DNA of 64,000 bases from Elsinoe ampelina (lineage: Eukaryota), in the NCBI GenBank assembly GCA_010093995.1, contig ML992505.1, positions 1,319,147 to 1,383,146 on the forward strand, read 5' to 3'. Positions within the stretch are counted from its first letter, which is position 1, and the number at the start of each line of letters is the position of its first letter. Below the pieces are notes generated by a model. The model was given only the letters and a program-made list of their open reading frames with translations, searched no databases and had not been told where the DNA came from. A program made the translations under genes and the position numbers. Positions 44,540 to 56,400 of the stretch are shown here, piece after piece.

Positions 44540-47475
44540 TCAAAGCTCATCCTTACTCACAGGAACACCAGGAGGTCCAGCCGGAAGTGGCAGGTTCCCG
44601 CTCTTTGGACCCTTGTTGATACGCTGCTCGTTGTAAAGCTCTTCCTTGGGGACTCTCTTCTTGGCTGGCTCCGATTTGACCTCCTGCTGCTGCTTAGCAG
44701 CTGGAGTCTGTGGGTCTTCACCATCTGGCTTCGCTGCGGCTGGAGACTCTTGCTGTTCGACTAGGCCGTCGTGGACCTCCTTGCCGTTCTCGTCAACTAC
44801 CCTCGTCCTTGTCTCGTATCTGGTGGAGAAGGAGACTTTGCCCTCGAGAGCTTTGACCTCATCCTCATTCAAGAGCTTGCCGTTCTCGTCACGGTACTCG
44901 ATCTTCTCCTCAGTCACCTTCTTGACCACTGCTTGCTCCGCATCCGCCTTGGGCGTGACATTAACTTCATCCTTGGGATCTTCTGCTACAGGAGGCTTTG
45001 GCCCAGCAAGAGCAGCGCCAGAGGTGGCAGCCGGACCGGATGCCGTGGGGAGAAGTGAATAGTCGGCGTACTAGAAAGTATTAGCACTGACGATCTTAGC
45101 AGGACCTTCTGAACTTACGCTGTCCAAGAAATTGTTGCAGTCCCAATCCCAGGTATCGAGAAGCTTGACCCGTTCACATTCCTTCTTGGTCCACTGGTTG
45201 CCATATCCGAGAGGAGCGTACAGAGAGAAGACAACGACGCTGAGAGCCAGGAAAGCAACAGCACCAGTCTTGCCAATGATAGGGCGGTCTTTAAGTCCAA
45301 TAGCACCAATGCGAGCAGTGACAAAGTCAAAGATCTGACAGAGAGCCACAATGGCGAAGGTAAGAGCCGGAAAGTAGTGATGAAGGAAAAGCTGACGCTG
45401 CATGAGGTAAAAGGGGAAATAGTGGAATGCCCAGCCGAGAACTGTCTGGCCAATCTCATAGTCAAAGCGCTTGAAGTTGACATTGTTGTAGTCATCGCAG
45501 CTCCTCTGCCAACGCAAGACCGCAAGACCCTTGAAGGCAACGTAGAGAACGATGGCGGCCGTGGAGCTCAACCAGATGAGCGGATTGCCGATGAGATAGA
45601 TCTGACGGTTGTCCTTGCCCCAGAAGTTGATACCGCGGCGTAGAATTGGCCATGAAGGTGGACGAGAATCCCATGCATGGCTCTCGACGAGTCCAGCATT
45701 GGTGGTCCACATGACCTTCTGGAGCTCCCAGAACTTGCCAAAGAACCCAGGGTTGCGGTAGTTGACCTTCTCAGCATTGGGACCCAACTGGGGATGCTCA
45801 TTGCTTTCGATATACCAGATACTGTTTGGTAGTGTACCCTGCTTTGCGCAAGTGACTTCCTGCTGCTCGAAACCCCAATCGGGGAGCTTGACTTTGTGGG
45901 AGAATAGTGCGCAACCAGTCATCAGGTGGACAAGCCTGAACTTGGTCTCAATCGTCCTCACTCGCTCCTTGGCCTTGGTACCATCTGACAAGGACTTTAC
46001 GATTTCAATCTTGAAGTAGTCGTTGGCGTCTCCCTCGAATCCATCATATCCGTAAGCTGAAACTTCGTTCTGCCATTCAGCCTCTGTGACAGGTGGGCGG
46101 ACATCATGAGAGTGCAGTCTCCGGTCGGTGGTGATGTGGTACAATCGGACAACAGTGCCATCGGTGATGAAGTTGGGGTCAATGGTATCCCATGCTTTTG
46201 CGCCCTTGATCTCCTCTCCCTTGAGGTCCACCGGCTGGGTTTGGTTCTCCATAATCCACACGTTATTCTCATCCTTGTGAGGGTATAGGGTGATCTGTTG
46301 CTGCTTGCTACCAGTCGGGTACATGTGGTTGTGGGAATGAAGGTATCCACCCTGAGTGTTGTGGTGACGAAGAGAGATTCTGCTTCCCATGACCACATCT
46401 GCAGGTACGTCTGCCATTCCCTTGCTGTTCAGTGTGGATTGGAATTCCGAAGACATAAAGCCGTCACCTTCACCAGGGTTGACCAAGCAGACGAAGTGGA
46501 TAGCGAACATGGCCATGTAGAAGGTTAACGGAATGACGATGAGGCAGAAGACGCGAGCGAAAAAGTGCTTGAACCACAGGCGAGGAGTGACATTCCTGGT
46601 ATCTCCGAGTAAGACCCAGAGCTGGAGAGCAGTCAAGCTGCCGACCCATGCGATTGTGAAGAGTCCGACCCACTTGACACTAGCAGTCGCTCCGAGGCCA
46701 ATACCAGTCAAGGCCAACCATGTCCACCATTGCGCGGTGAATGCTTTCCTAGGTCCTAGCTCGTGAACATTTGTGAAGGCCGACCAAGCGAGAGCAGTGA
46801 ATGCGGTGAAGACGATGAGAGGGGAGTCAAGGAGGATCAGACGAGATTGTGTGACAAGACCATTTTCTGGGGTTTGGGTCAGCACAGATTGCTAAGCGGC
46901 AGGACATGCAAGACTTACCAAAAATGACAAGGCCAGCACCCAGAGCTGCTGTGGTGGTCCTGCATCCAGTGGCTTTGATGGTCAAGAAGATGATAGGAAC
47001 TGTCAAGATACCACAGATGGCAGGAAGCAGGCGCATGGCGACATAGGGAACACCAGGCTCGAGATAGTCCTTGCCAATATCCTTGAAGTCGAAGTTACCG
47101 TCGAAACCAGCCAGCCAACCAGCAAGTGTGATGAGAAGCTTTGCCAATGGGGGATGAACGTCCATGAAGAACTTGCCTTTGATGTACTTTGAAGCGAAAC
47201 CACCAAAGCTACATGTGTCAGTATCTTGCCATCAATGCAGACTTGTTCACTTACTGTACTTCATCAAAGACGACGCTGCTGGGCTGATAGATGCGGAAGA
47301 GTCGAACGAAGAATGCGACTGCAGTCACAGCTCCTAAGATCTCATAGTCGGTTGTGCTGAGATTCGTAATGTCATTATCCTTGACCCCTTCTGATCCATA
47401 ATCTTTTGTCGATTGCTTCTTCGCATACTTGGTCGCAGGTGACCGCGTGGCCACAGCACCGCCTTTGCCTGACAT
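44540..47475 (-). CDS. PMT1: Dolichyl-phosphate-mannose-protein O-mannosyltransferase, Pmt1 type (4 exons)
   Basis: VVFDEV(H)FGGF, FMDVHPPLAKLL, SVKWVG, MIR domains (YLHSH, RLHSHDV, LFSH), QLFLHHYFPAL; tail KVSFSTRYETRTR..KDEL. Confidence 0.93.
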
Positions 47476-47911
47476 TGCGTGATCGTGCTCAGTTGGGTCT
47501 ATGGTATACGAGTCGAGGGCCAAGGGTCCCTATCCGCTTCGAATGTTCCACAGCTCGAAGCTGTCTGTAGAGAATTAGTGACCGGTCAATTAGATTACAA
47601 GCAATCGATCAGCGCTGATAGTGGAGAAAGGGATATGGAAGAAGATGGGAAGAAGCACCTGAACGGTGATGGAGGTGAAAGGGGAACAGTTGCGGACCCC
47701 TGTAGCTTCAGCTCCGCGACTATTTTTCGAGCTGAGAGCTGCCAGAGGACACGACGCGCAAGGGTCGGCCAAAAGCATTTCTGATTGGCTCGTCAGGCCC
47801 GCTCGAAAGCGGGCGTGGCCGACGCTAGTGCGCAACTCCAATCTGTGGAAGCTTCACTTTTCTTGACCGTGAACGTCACTTACGCTAATTCGATATTCGC
47901 ATTACCGAAAG

Positions 47912-49474
47912 ATGGCGCCCGCAGCGGTTGAAGATGTCGGCGACTCTGCTACGATCAAACCACCTCCTGGTGTCATCATCCCACCAAAGGACACCAGAAC
48001 CTTTGTAGAAAAGACAGCCGCAGTCATCGTCCGAAGAGGAGAGGCTTTTGAGCGGGGCATTCTCGACAAATTGGACGAGCAGCCAAAGCTGAGCTTCTTG
48101 AAAGCGGATGATTACTTCAACGCATACTACCAGTGGAGGAAGAAGGAGATTGCAGACGGTCGAGGCTACTCCGATGTGGATGGCGCCGTGATGAATGCTG
48201 CGCCCAAGGCGAAAAAGCGAGGACCAGAAGCACCACCGGACTTTACCTTCTCTGCGCGAATGCCTACACTGAGTGCGGTGGATTTGGAAGTCATCAAGCT
48301 TACAGCGCTGTTCTTTGCTGCGCGCGGTACTGGCTGGTTCCAAAAGTTCTCTCAACTCAAGGGTCAAAATGCTCAATTCGGCTTCCTGAAACCCCAACAC
48401 AGTTGCAATGGCTTCTTTACACGTTTGGTAGACCAATATCGGCTTCTCATCAACTCAGATAGTGGAGAAGGACTGGAAAAGAAGAACTTACGGATAAAAG
48501 AGCTCGAGCATAATGTCAGGGACAAGTACCATGTGCTGGACCGAGCAAAGCAACGAGCAGAGTTCGTCAAGTATCAAGAGCAACAAAAAGTCAGGAAAGA
48601 GGAAGAGCATGCAGCCGAACAACAAGCGTATGCTGAGATCGACTGGCATGATTTCACCTTGGTCGGTACCATCGAGTTCACCGAATCTGATGATTCTGTC
48701 GAGCTCCCACCTCCCCCATCACTAAACGATCTGCAATCTGCTTCCCTCGAGCAACGCGCCACCGTCGGTACAGGCATGCGCCTTGAAGAGGCTTTCCCGA
48801 CCGACGATTTCTTCTTCAACAATAACAACGGCACCCCTGCTCCTCCACCACAGGCGTCACCCGCTCCTCCCCATCAACCCCAAATGCCACAACCACCGTA
48901 CATGCCTTACGCTCCTACGCCCCCACAAGCCACTCACTCGCCAGCCCCTTACATCCCCGCACAAGCTCAACACGGCGACTCCACCCGCCTCGCCGAACTC
49001 CAAGCGGACTCCGACCGCGCCGCCGCAGCACGAGCAGCCGCCACAGGCTCCGGGCCCATGCGCATCAAAGACAACTACATCCCACGCGCCCAAGCCCTGC
49101 GAAAAGGCGCCAACACCTCTCTCTGCCCGATCTGCAAACAACAAATCCCCAACGAAACCTTTGACGAGCACCTGCGCATCGAGCAACTCTCGCCTCAATG
49201 GCGAGAACAGACGCGGAAAGCGCAAGAGCGCAGCGCCACTACGAATCTCAGCACCGTGGACGTGGCGAATAATCTCAAGCGGCTGGCGAGTCAGAGAGGG
49301 GATGTGTTTGATCCGATTACCGGCAGGGAGATTGGGGTCGAGACGAAGAGGCAGGAGGTCATGGCTGGGGTGGCGGCGCCGGGGCAGCAGGTGGGTGGAC
49401 AGGGAGGGGAGACGGTGGATATCCATGAGCAGTTGAGGAGGTTGCAGGCGAAGCATGGGGGCCAGCATGGATGA
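47912..49474 (+). CDS. PRP21: Splicing factor SF3A1/Prp21
   Basis: Two SURP modules (FVEKTAAVI..LSFLKADDYFNAYYQW; VIKLTALFFA..QFGFLKPQHS), AYAEIDWHDF and ANNLKRLASQRGDVF. Confidence 0.93.
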   Translation: MAPAAVEDVGDSATIKPPPGVIIPPKDTRTFVEKTAAVIVRRGEAFERGILDKLDEQPKLSFLKADDYFNAYYQWRKKEIADGRGYSDVDGAVMNAAPKAKKRGPEAPPDFTFSARMPTLSAVDLEVIKLTALFFAARGTGWFQKFSQLKGQNAQFGFLKPQHSCNGFFTRLVDQYRLLINSDSGEGLEKKNLRIKELEHNVRDKYHVLDRAKQRAEFVKYQEQQKVRKEEEHAAEQQAYAEIDWHDFTLVGTIEFTESDDSVELPPPPSLNDLQSASLEQRATVGTGMRLEEAFPTDDFFFNNNNGTPAPPPQASPAPPHQPQMPQPPYMPYAPTPPQATHSPAPYIPAQAQHGDSTRLAELQADSDRAAAARAAATGSGPMRIKDNYIPRAQALRKGANTSLCPICKQQIPNETFDEHLRIEQLSPQWREQTRKAQERSATTNLSTVDVANNLKRLASQRGDVFDPITGREIGVETKRQEVMAGVAAPGQQVGGQGGETVDIHEQLRRLQAKHGGQHG

Positions 49475-49987
49475 GGGAGGACATTAACGTCAAGGACATA
49501 ATAGCCTAGCCCGGATGGCGAAATCATGCACGATTTGAGCGTGACACGTCCTCCAGGCTCAAAGCGCCACGGGTAGACGAGCAGCACGTTACTATACGCA
49601 GGTCAAGCCTGCCTAGGAGCCCCGGTGAGCGACCAGGAGCAGACATCCAGCCGACCGGGCGTGAGCCTTCAGAACCTCTGCATTACACCTGCAGGGCAAG
49701 CCGCTCGGTCTTCGAAGTGGTGGTTTGGGAGCATCGAATTCATGTAGATACCCAATTAATACTAGCTGCTCAAAACGCCACGCTCCTCTGCTGCTCTGCA
49801 GCGATATTACTGAAGCAATACTGCATGCTCTTGACCATTTTGAACCCCGCTACTGTCGTGATCAAGGACCCTCCCACCCATCGAGACCAGAGCCCATTCC
49901 ACACGATTAATCCAATCCCTTCTGCTTCCCGCCACCACTCCCACGCTCCTCTCCACCTCCCTCAGCCGCCCCAGTCCGCATCTCCTC

Positions 49988-51376
49988 TCACTGCCCCTTC
50001 TTCCCCTCCTCCTTCCCTTCCACATACGGGTGCTTGATCGTCAAACACCAAATATCCAAATAATCACAAATCGAAACAATCACATCGACCACGAAACTCC
50101 CATAGACCCCGACCGCCAGCCCAAGACACATGAACACAAACGCCACCCGGAACACGCTCCCCTCCTCCCCTAGACTCGCCGGCCAACCCACCCCCTTACC
50201 CACGTACTCCAACAACAGCGGGCCCACACTGTCCACCACTCCGAACGCGAGTGGCGCGATGAGGATGTTGAAGTACGGAAACGGGGACTTGGTCAGGTGG
50301 GCGGTGATCATCATGCCGACGGAGTAGGCGTTGATGAGGCCTACGTAGAGGATGAATGGGACCAAATGCTGGGTGAGGATGGTGGGGTTGAGGTGGAGGT
50401 ACGCTGCAATCAAGGTCCAAGCTGTGAAGAAAGGGGCGAGGCCGAGGAGGGCGAAGTAGGGTTCTTGACCGCGTTGGCGGCGGGAGGCGAGGACGTTTTG
50501 CGCGGAGGAGACGGTGTTGAAGACCAGGACGAACCCGCCGTAGGCCAAGTACCAGTCTGTCCAGGTGAGGTTGTAGAGGGTTTCGGGGAGGAGACTGGGC
50601 CGGGAGACGTGCAGCGAGGAGAGGAGGGATTGTTGCCAGAAAGACCCGCCGCCGAGGAAGGCGGTGAGGAGGTAGACGAGGCAGATGGTGAGGATGCCTT
50701 CGACGGGGCCGGAGATGACGCCGAGAGTGAGTGTTTGCGTGTGGTATTCGTCCCAGGTTTGGACGTAGAAGGTGAGGAGGGAGGCGAAGAGGGTGAGCAT
50801 GGTCTTCCAGGATTGGCCTAGGTTGAGGGCGGAGGCGAAGATGAGGACTTCGAGGGAGGTGTTGAGGGCGTCCACGCCGTGGTCGAAGAGTTCACCGAGA
50901 GGGCCGGATTGTCTTGTGCGGCGGCTGAGAGGATCAGTATGGGAGGGACATGAGTACTGCTTTAGACGTACGCCTGGCTGCCATCGACAGCATCAAAGGT
51001 CTGGTAGAGGAAGAGACCGATCGACCAGCTGAGGTAGACCCAAGATGGACAGTTCTGATCAAGTGTCGGTGTGTAATAGAGCATGGTCAGGAGATTTGCG
51101 ATGACGAAACCGAAGCCAGTGAGTGTGATCTATGCCTGTTTAGAGGCTGCATTGCTTGCCAACTCATGTCAAGCTCACCAGATTGGGGCTAACAATTGTC
51201 AGGGACTGAACTTTGAGATGATCAAGGTCTACTCACGCCATTGACATTGGGAACAAATGAATGACAAAGTTGGTGTAGAACGGCTTGAGGACATATCTGG
51301 AGACCAGACTGTGGTCAACGCCAGAGTACTTGTACTCCTTCAGCTTGGGAAGCTGCTCTTGTCGTATGTAAACCAT
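49988..51376 (-). CDS. EPT1: Choline/ethanolamine phosphotransferase (CDP-alcohol phosphotransferase)
   Basis: MVYIRQEQLPKLKEYKYSGVDHS..MA|PNL|ITLTGF..YQTFDAVDGSQA|RRTRQSGPLGELFDHGVDA; includes a 10-nt exon at 51188-51179. Confidence 0.9.
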
Positions 51377-51782
51377 CTTGAAGGTGTCGCGCAGGGTCAA
51401 TTAGGACAGCGAGAGAAGAAAAAGAATCAATCAGATGAAATTGAATTGGTATTGGCACTACCGCATGCTGTCTGCGAAGTCGTTTTGAAAATTGCACCGG
51501 AATGTTCACGTGGTGCAAAGCTTCAGAATCAAGAAAGCACGCGCCAAGCCATGCCTGACGTCGCGTCATGATTGGTGGGACGGAAAGCCTCCGCATTTGC
51601 ATGTGAAACTGCTGCAGATCGAAATCGTCGTCACCGAGCTTCCAGCAATTGTGTGAAGATGTTGTACAGGTCGCTCTTCCAGTCAAAACCCATCAGAGGT
51701 AAGTATGAACCGGTCTTTGTTGTGCTCCTTGATGTCCGCACCCAAGTTCACCTGTCGTTCCCTGCTCGCATTGACTATCCTT

Positions 51783-52865
51783 CTATGCAACAGGACTCCA
51801 TGGCATAGGAACCAGCACGCGACTCTTCATGGTCTGAATAAGAGGTACAGTCTTGTGCACAGTCTCTCCCCAACCAGAAACGTTCCAGCTCTGCTCCCGA
51901 CGGGCACGACGCTCCTCCAAATCGGCAAATTGCCAGAGATGATGCACAGTGTTGAGATCGCCAATCTGGACAAACCAAGCACCGACGCCCTCCATGACCT
52001 CGCGACGAGCTTGAAGACCCTTACGCCAATGAGTCTCCCATTCCAGTAGGTTGCCAGGATGAAGTGTGTAAGATCGGAGCTCAAAGACACCTCCTAGTTG
52101 ACGTGGTGAGACCGTTGGCCAGAACGAGAATTCCTGCATGAGTGACGTTTTCTTCGAGTGGATAAGTGACTTGAGTCTGTGGTCGAAGTCGGGGAATTCC
52201 GGGTGGTACTGAATCGAGTGCAATGAAGCGTGGTACCCTTGGTAGCGCTGATACTCCCAGATATGCACTGAGACTTGTTAGCATAAGTAACCCCATGTGA
52301 TGTTGGATGAAGCTAACCAAAGGTGTCACAGTCTCCCACCTCAGTCCTCCAGCTGCCAACCAGGTTGACCTTGTTCTCAGGCATATTGGCCATCTTTGGG
52401 TACCAGGATCCAACCAATTCCACGTACTCGTCGACTTTGTCCGGCTTGACCTCATGGAATACTATGCTGTGAACGTACTTGCCGCGCGCGAGGACCTGGC
52501 TGAAGCTGCGTTCGATATCCTTGTCAAGCTGACGACCTTCGGGTGTGCCGTAGATGAGATTTGAGAATCGTCCTGCTTTCTTGTCGCCTCCGTCCTTGGC
52601 CATTGCTGCCTCACCTGAGAGGAATTAGTCCATATCATCATGTCACACCTCCTGTTGTCCTACGCTCAGCCTGCTCCCTACGAGCGGCAGCATCTGCTTG
52701 CTCCTGCCTCCATTTCTTCTGTCTCGCGTCGAACTCTGGTCCTTTGTCGGGCTCGATGTCCGATATTGAGGGCGCTCTGGCCGACAATGCTGGACGGAAA
52801 GAGGAGAAGGCTCGGCGTGACGAGGCGTGAAGCGACAGGCGGGGTATGAATTGTTTCAGTGACAT
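51783..52865 (-). CDS. Mitochondrial NIPSNAP-family protein (3 exons)
   Basis: Presequence MSLKQFIPRL; SFSQVLARGKYVH; LVGSWRTEVGDCDTF|VHIWEY; FELRSYTLHPGNLLEW; GDLNTVHHLWQF..REQSW. Confidence 0.9.
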
Positions 52866-53227
52866 TTCGGCTGTCGTGTGAGGTTGACTTGTTGGTTCTA
52901 AAGTTGCTTGTCGGAGCAAGAAAGTGGTATCGCAGGACCAAAGAGCAGTGCAGCGTGTGGAGAGTCGAATTGAATAGGTGTTGGCAGATTACGTGCAACA
53001 CAAATGTACTCCGCACCTAAGAGATGGTTGAGGGATGGAGAGAGCTTGGAGGTACTTTGGTACAACCTGGACAAACAGAAGGCGGAGGTCTAAGCTCCAC
53101 CCAAATCGCGGGGAAGCGAAACTCAATTTTGGTCGGTCTTGGCACGCTCAATCTTCGCTTCGAGGCGGGAGTTCCAAATCAATGCGCATCAACACATGTT
53201 TCTCTGAGCTCTGTGGTCACACCATTG

Positions 53228-55423
53228 ATGCCATGCGGAGCAAGTACAAGCAGGCGTATCGCGCGTGCTGCTGTCAGCTCCAGCAAAGGTCTTTGGATCA
53301 CTGACGATGCCTTGGACCACACCTTCAATCGTTTCTTTCGCATCCCTGGAGATCAACATCGCAGACATGGAAGCCACGTACCAGGACCTCTGGAGGCAAG
53401 GAAGAGACAGGGGAAGAGGCGAATGGGTCTTTCGACCTGTTTCGATGCGCCCACGAGCTCTGTCTGGCCGGATCTGCGGAGCATGTTCAGAATAGGGTCA
53501 CTGTTCGACAGCCGACCAGTAGACAGTCGATGGACATGGACACCACCGACTCCGAGAAAAACTGAGGACTCCACTGGAAGTAAGGTCTTGAGAACACCTG
53601 CTACGGTCCGAGACCGGAGCATCAAAGAGCCAGCATCAATACCGGACTGCAAAAACTTGGAAGAGATCCGCACGCTATATTGGCAGACTTGCCCGCTCGG
53701 CGAGGACTCGATCAAGTTTACGGACGAAGCGCTTGACCATTACCTCAATTTGGTCCGAAAGCATGCGTCGGGACAAAAGGTGCGAAGGAGGAGGAAGAAT
53801 GAACCAGAGCTGATCGAGCTGCTGAGAAGTGAGGTCAACAATGCCCAGAGTAAGAGCATGCAGCGGGTCTTCACATGGCTGGTCGCTCAGAATATCAATT
53901 CGAATGCCTACCTCCGCGAGCTGTCGCGAGGTGTGCTCCAACTTGCAATCGACAAATTCGAAACGGACGTACTGGATGCGCCGGAGATGACACAGATTGT
54001 TGAAACGCTATGTCAAAAGATTGCGTCTGGACAGTACGATTTGATCAAGCTCCCCAAAATCTACACCAGTCTCATGGGCTTGAAAGATTGTGTGCTGGCC
54101 CGGCTGCAATCTGAACCTGACGATGCGCGATTGTCATGCCTAGCGGGTAGCCTTCACGACTTCTGCAGACAATGCCTCACAAAGACCAGATGGATCACAT
54201 GGATGACATTCACGGCTCAGTTACCTCGAGGGCTCAAGGTCACCTATACGGCGGACATTGTGATCGAGCTGGTTGCTACCGTGCGCAGAGATGTTGCTCA
54301 GCGTTCGCTAGGCGGCAACATTTCATCGATAGCTGCCGGGGCATTTCTTGCTGCCAGTCAAAGCCGGCTTGACTGGCAGTGGTGGGCGGATGTATGTGAG
54401 AGAGTGACCACGAGTCTACTTTATGAGCGAGAAAGCATGAAAGTTCCTCGACGCTGGCTTGATTCTCTTCGCGACGCGGCAGCTCAGCAATCAGCCAGTG
54501 ATGAATGTCAGGCGCTGATGAACCGAGTGGACGATATCATTCGGGACTTTCACATTGAGTCTGCTTCCCAGACGGCGGTTGCGACTTCCGAAGGCCTGTC
54601 CGACTCGGCTCAAGGGATTCCCAAAAAGTCAGAGTCTGTGGTGGTGGGGTCCTGGTCTCACAGTCCGCAAGTTGCGACCGCGCTTATTCACATGCACTTG
54701 GCAGAGAACAATGTCTGGCGCGCAAAATGGACATTCGATAGATCCAGAGCAGTGAAACCGTCTCGTTGCAAAGATCTCTTCTCGGCAATGGTAGCCAAGG
54801 GTCACGATCAATCGAGCACATATCTTGAGATGTTTCGGCGGCCAGAGACAACACCAGCAAGCAGTCCAGACGGCCAACATGAAGCTCCTGAAGTGTTGTC
54901 GGACGTCAGGGTTCGCATGGTCGAGAATCTGGCTACGGCAATTTCGCTCAGTGACCAGATTCTCGATGGTCGAGCACTTCGGATGACCTGGAAACTTTTT
55001 CAGTATCTGCGCAACCATTCCGCTCCGATCAGGGTTCAAATGGTGAGAGCCTTGGTCAGAACCAGTGTGATCAGATACCTCAGCCATGATGCTAGAATTC
55101 GCCACCAGAGAACGGATCGGGTACTCCAATTAGTGAAAGAAGTTGAAGGAGACAAGGTTGCGCAGCTTCTCCAGACCATGATCATCGACTGGCAGCTGCT
55201 GATTGATCAGCGACTGCTGACGGGGCGCGTGGAGAAGCATCCACTGCAGAGGACATGTAGACCGCATGCGCCTCAAGCAAGGCCCATCGTCCGTGCTTTT
55301 GCTATTGATACCCGGAGAGGTTCTGTAATCAGACAGCGGAGGCCAAAGTTTTCGTACAGGATTCGCTCACGCATGACTAAACTACGACACCGAGTTCGGA
55401 GACTCAATGTACATATAGGATAG
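53228..55423 (+). CDS. Conserved hypothetical fungal protein, probably mitochondrial and helical (start may be 53024)
   Basis: Long intronless ORF. The N-terminal motif LWITDDAL..FNRF..RRHGSHVPGPLEARKR..KRRM is recalled from uncharacterised Pezizomycotina proteins (not verified). Confidence 0.7.
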   Translation: MPCGASTSRRIARAAVSSSKGLWITDDALDHTFNRFFRIPGDQHRRHGSHVPGPLEARKRQGKRRMGLSTCFDAPTSSVWPDLRSMFRIGSLFDSRPVDSRWTWTPPTPRKTEDSTGSKVLRTPATVRDRSIKEPASIPDCKNLEEIRTLYWQTCPLGEDSIKFTDEALDHYLNLVRKHASGQKVRRRRKNEPELIELLRSEVNNAQSKSMQRVFTWLVAQNINSNAYLRELSRGVLQLAIDKFETDVLDAPEMTQIVETLCQKIASGQYDLIKLPKIYTSLMGLKDCVLARLQSEPDDARLSCLAGSLHDFCRQCLTKTRWITWMTFTAQLPRGLKVTYTADIVIELVATVRRDVAQRSLGGNISSIAAGAFLAASQSRLDWQWWADVCERVTTSLLYERESMKVPRRWLDSLRDAAAQQSASDECQALMNRVDDIIRDFHIESASQTAVATSEGLSDSAQGIPKKSESVVVGSWSHSPQVATALIHMHLAENNVWRAKWTFDRSRAVKPSRCKDLFSAMVAKGHDQSSTYLEMFRRPETTPASSPDGQHEAPEVLSDVRVRMVENLATAISLSDQILDGRALRMTWKLFQYLRNHSAPIRVQMVRALVRTSVIRYLSHDARIRHQRTDRVLQLVKEVEGDKVAQLLQTMIIDWQLLIDQRLLTGRVEKHPLQRTCRPHAPQARPIVRAFAIDTRRGSVIRQRRPKFSYRIRSRMTKLRHRVRRLNVHIG

Positions 55424-55655
55424 AAGGAAGATCATAGATGACCATGTAAGAATGAGTTCCGCCCTTACCTAGCCTGAAAGAGTAATGACGGTGTCGATGT
55501 TTCTTGGAAGCTGACAAAAGCGATAAGACGAGAGGCATTGGCATGTCAGCAATTGTTGTATCAAACCGAGTGAATTCTGGAGTATAAAGACGCGTGTTGG
55601 GGAGTGATAGTAGTAACAACCGTCCCCCAACCTCAAAACAAGGACATCACCACAA

Positions 55656-56089
55656 ATGTCATTCCCAGCTCCCAACCCCGAGGGCGGCTTCACCCTCTTC
55701 GTAAACGTCACAGTCAAACCAGACCAGGTCGACGAGTTCTTGAAGCACTTCTACGAGGCATTTGAGAAAGTTTCAGCAGAACCAGAGTGTCTATCCTTCG
55801 AGGTCTTCCGCTACCAAGATGAGCCAAACCATTTCAAGTGGGTAGAGAATTGGGGCAAAAGCAAGGAATGGTTCTTCGAGGTGAGCCGATGCCGGGACAT
55901 GTTCTGCCCGATGTCGGGGGTTGCTGACACTATCTCCTCTCCTAACAGCACCAAATCACAAAGCCTTACATGAAACCGTACATCGAAGCGACTGACCATC
56001 TTTTCATTGGCGAGAAAAAACTGGAGATCCTTGAGCGATTTGGTGGAGAATGGGCGAGGTCGAAGGAGGGTGTCTATAAGCAGTCATGA
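55656..56089 (+). CDS. Dimeric alpha-beta barrel (antibiotic biosynthesis monooxygenase-like) protein, intron 55881-55948
   Basis: FTLFVNVTVKPDQVDEFL..VSAEPECLSFEVF..PNHFKWVENW..|HQITKPYMKPY. Confidence 0.85.
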
Positions 56090-56400
56090 GGCAGGATGGG
56101 ATGGCAAACAGTGCTGATCATGGACGCCAATGCGAGCTTGTGAGGGATAGGGAAAATGGACTCATTTCACACAGCAATATGATCCTATCAAGATACAGAT
56201 GCGTGTGACGCTACAGCATGTACTAATACCGAGGAATGGTAAGACGTGTAGATCTCGTGGGGCATCCGCCGTGGGATCCTTGCAGCAGATGAGGTGGTCC
56301 CACTCGAGCTCCCATTTTTAGAGGTAGCAGGTGCTGTCAGGTTTGATATCAAGGTTTCCTTCATCAGTTCTTTCGACCATTCCGAAAGACATTACAATCA

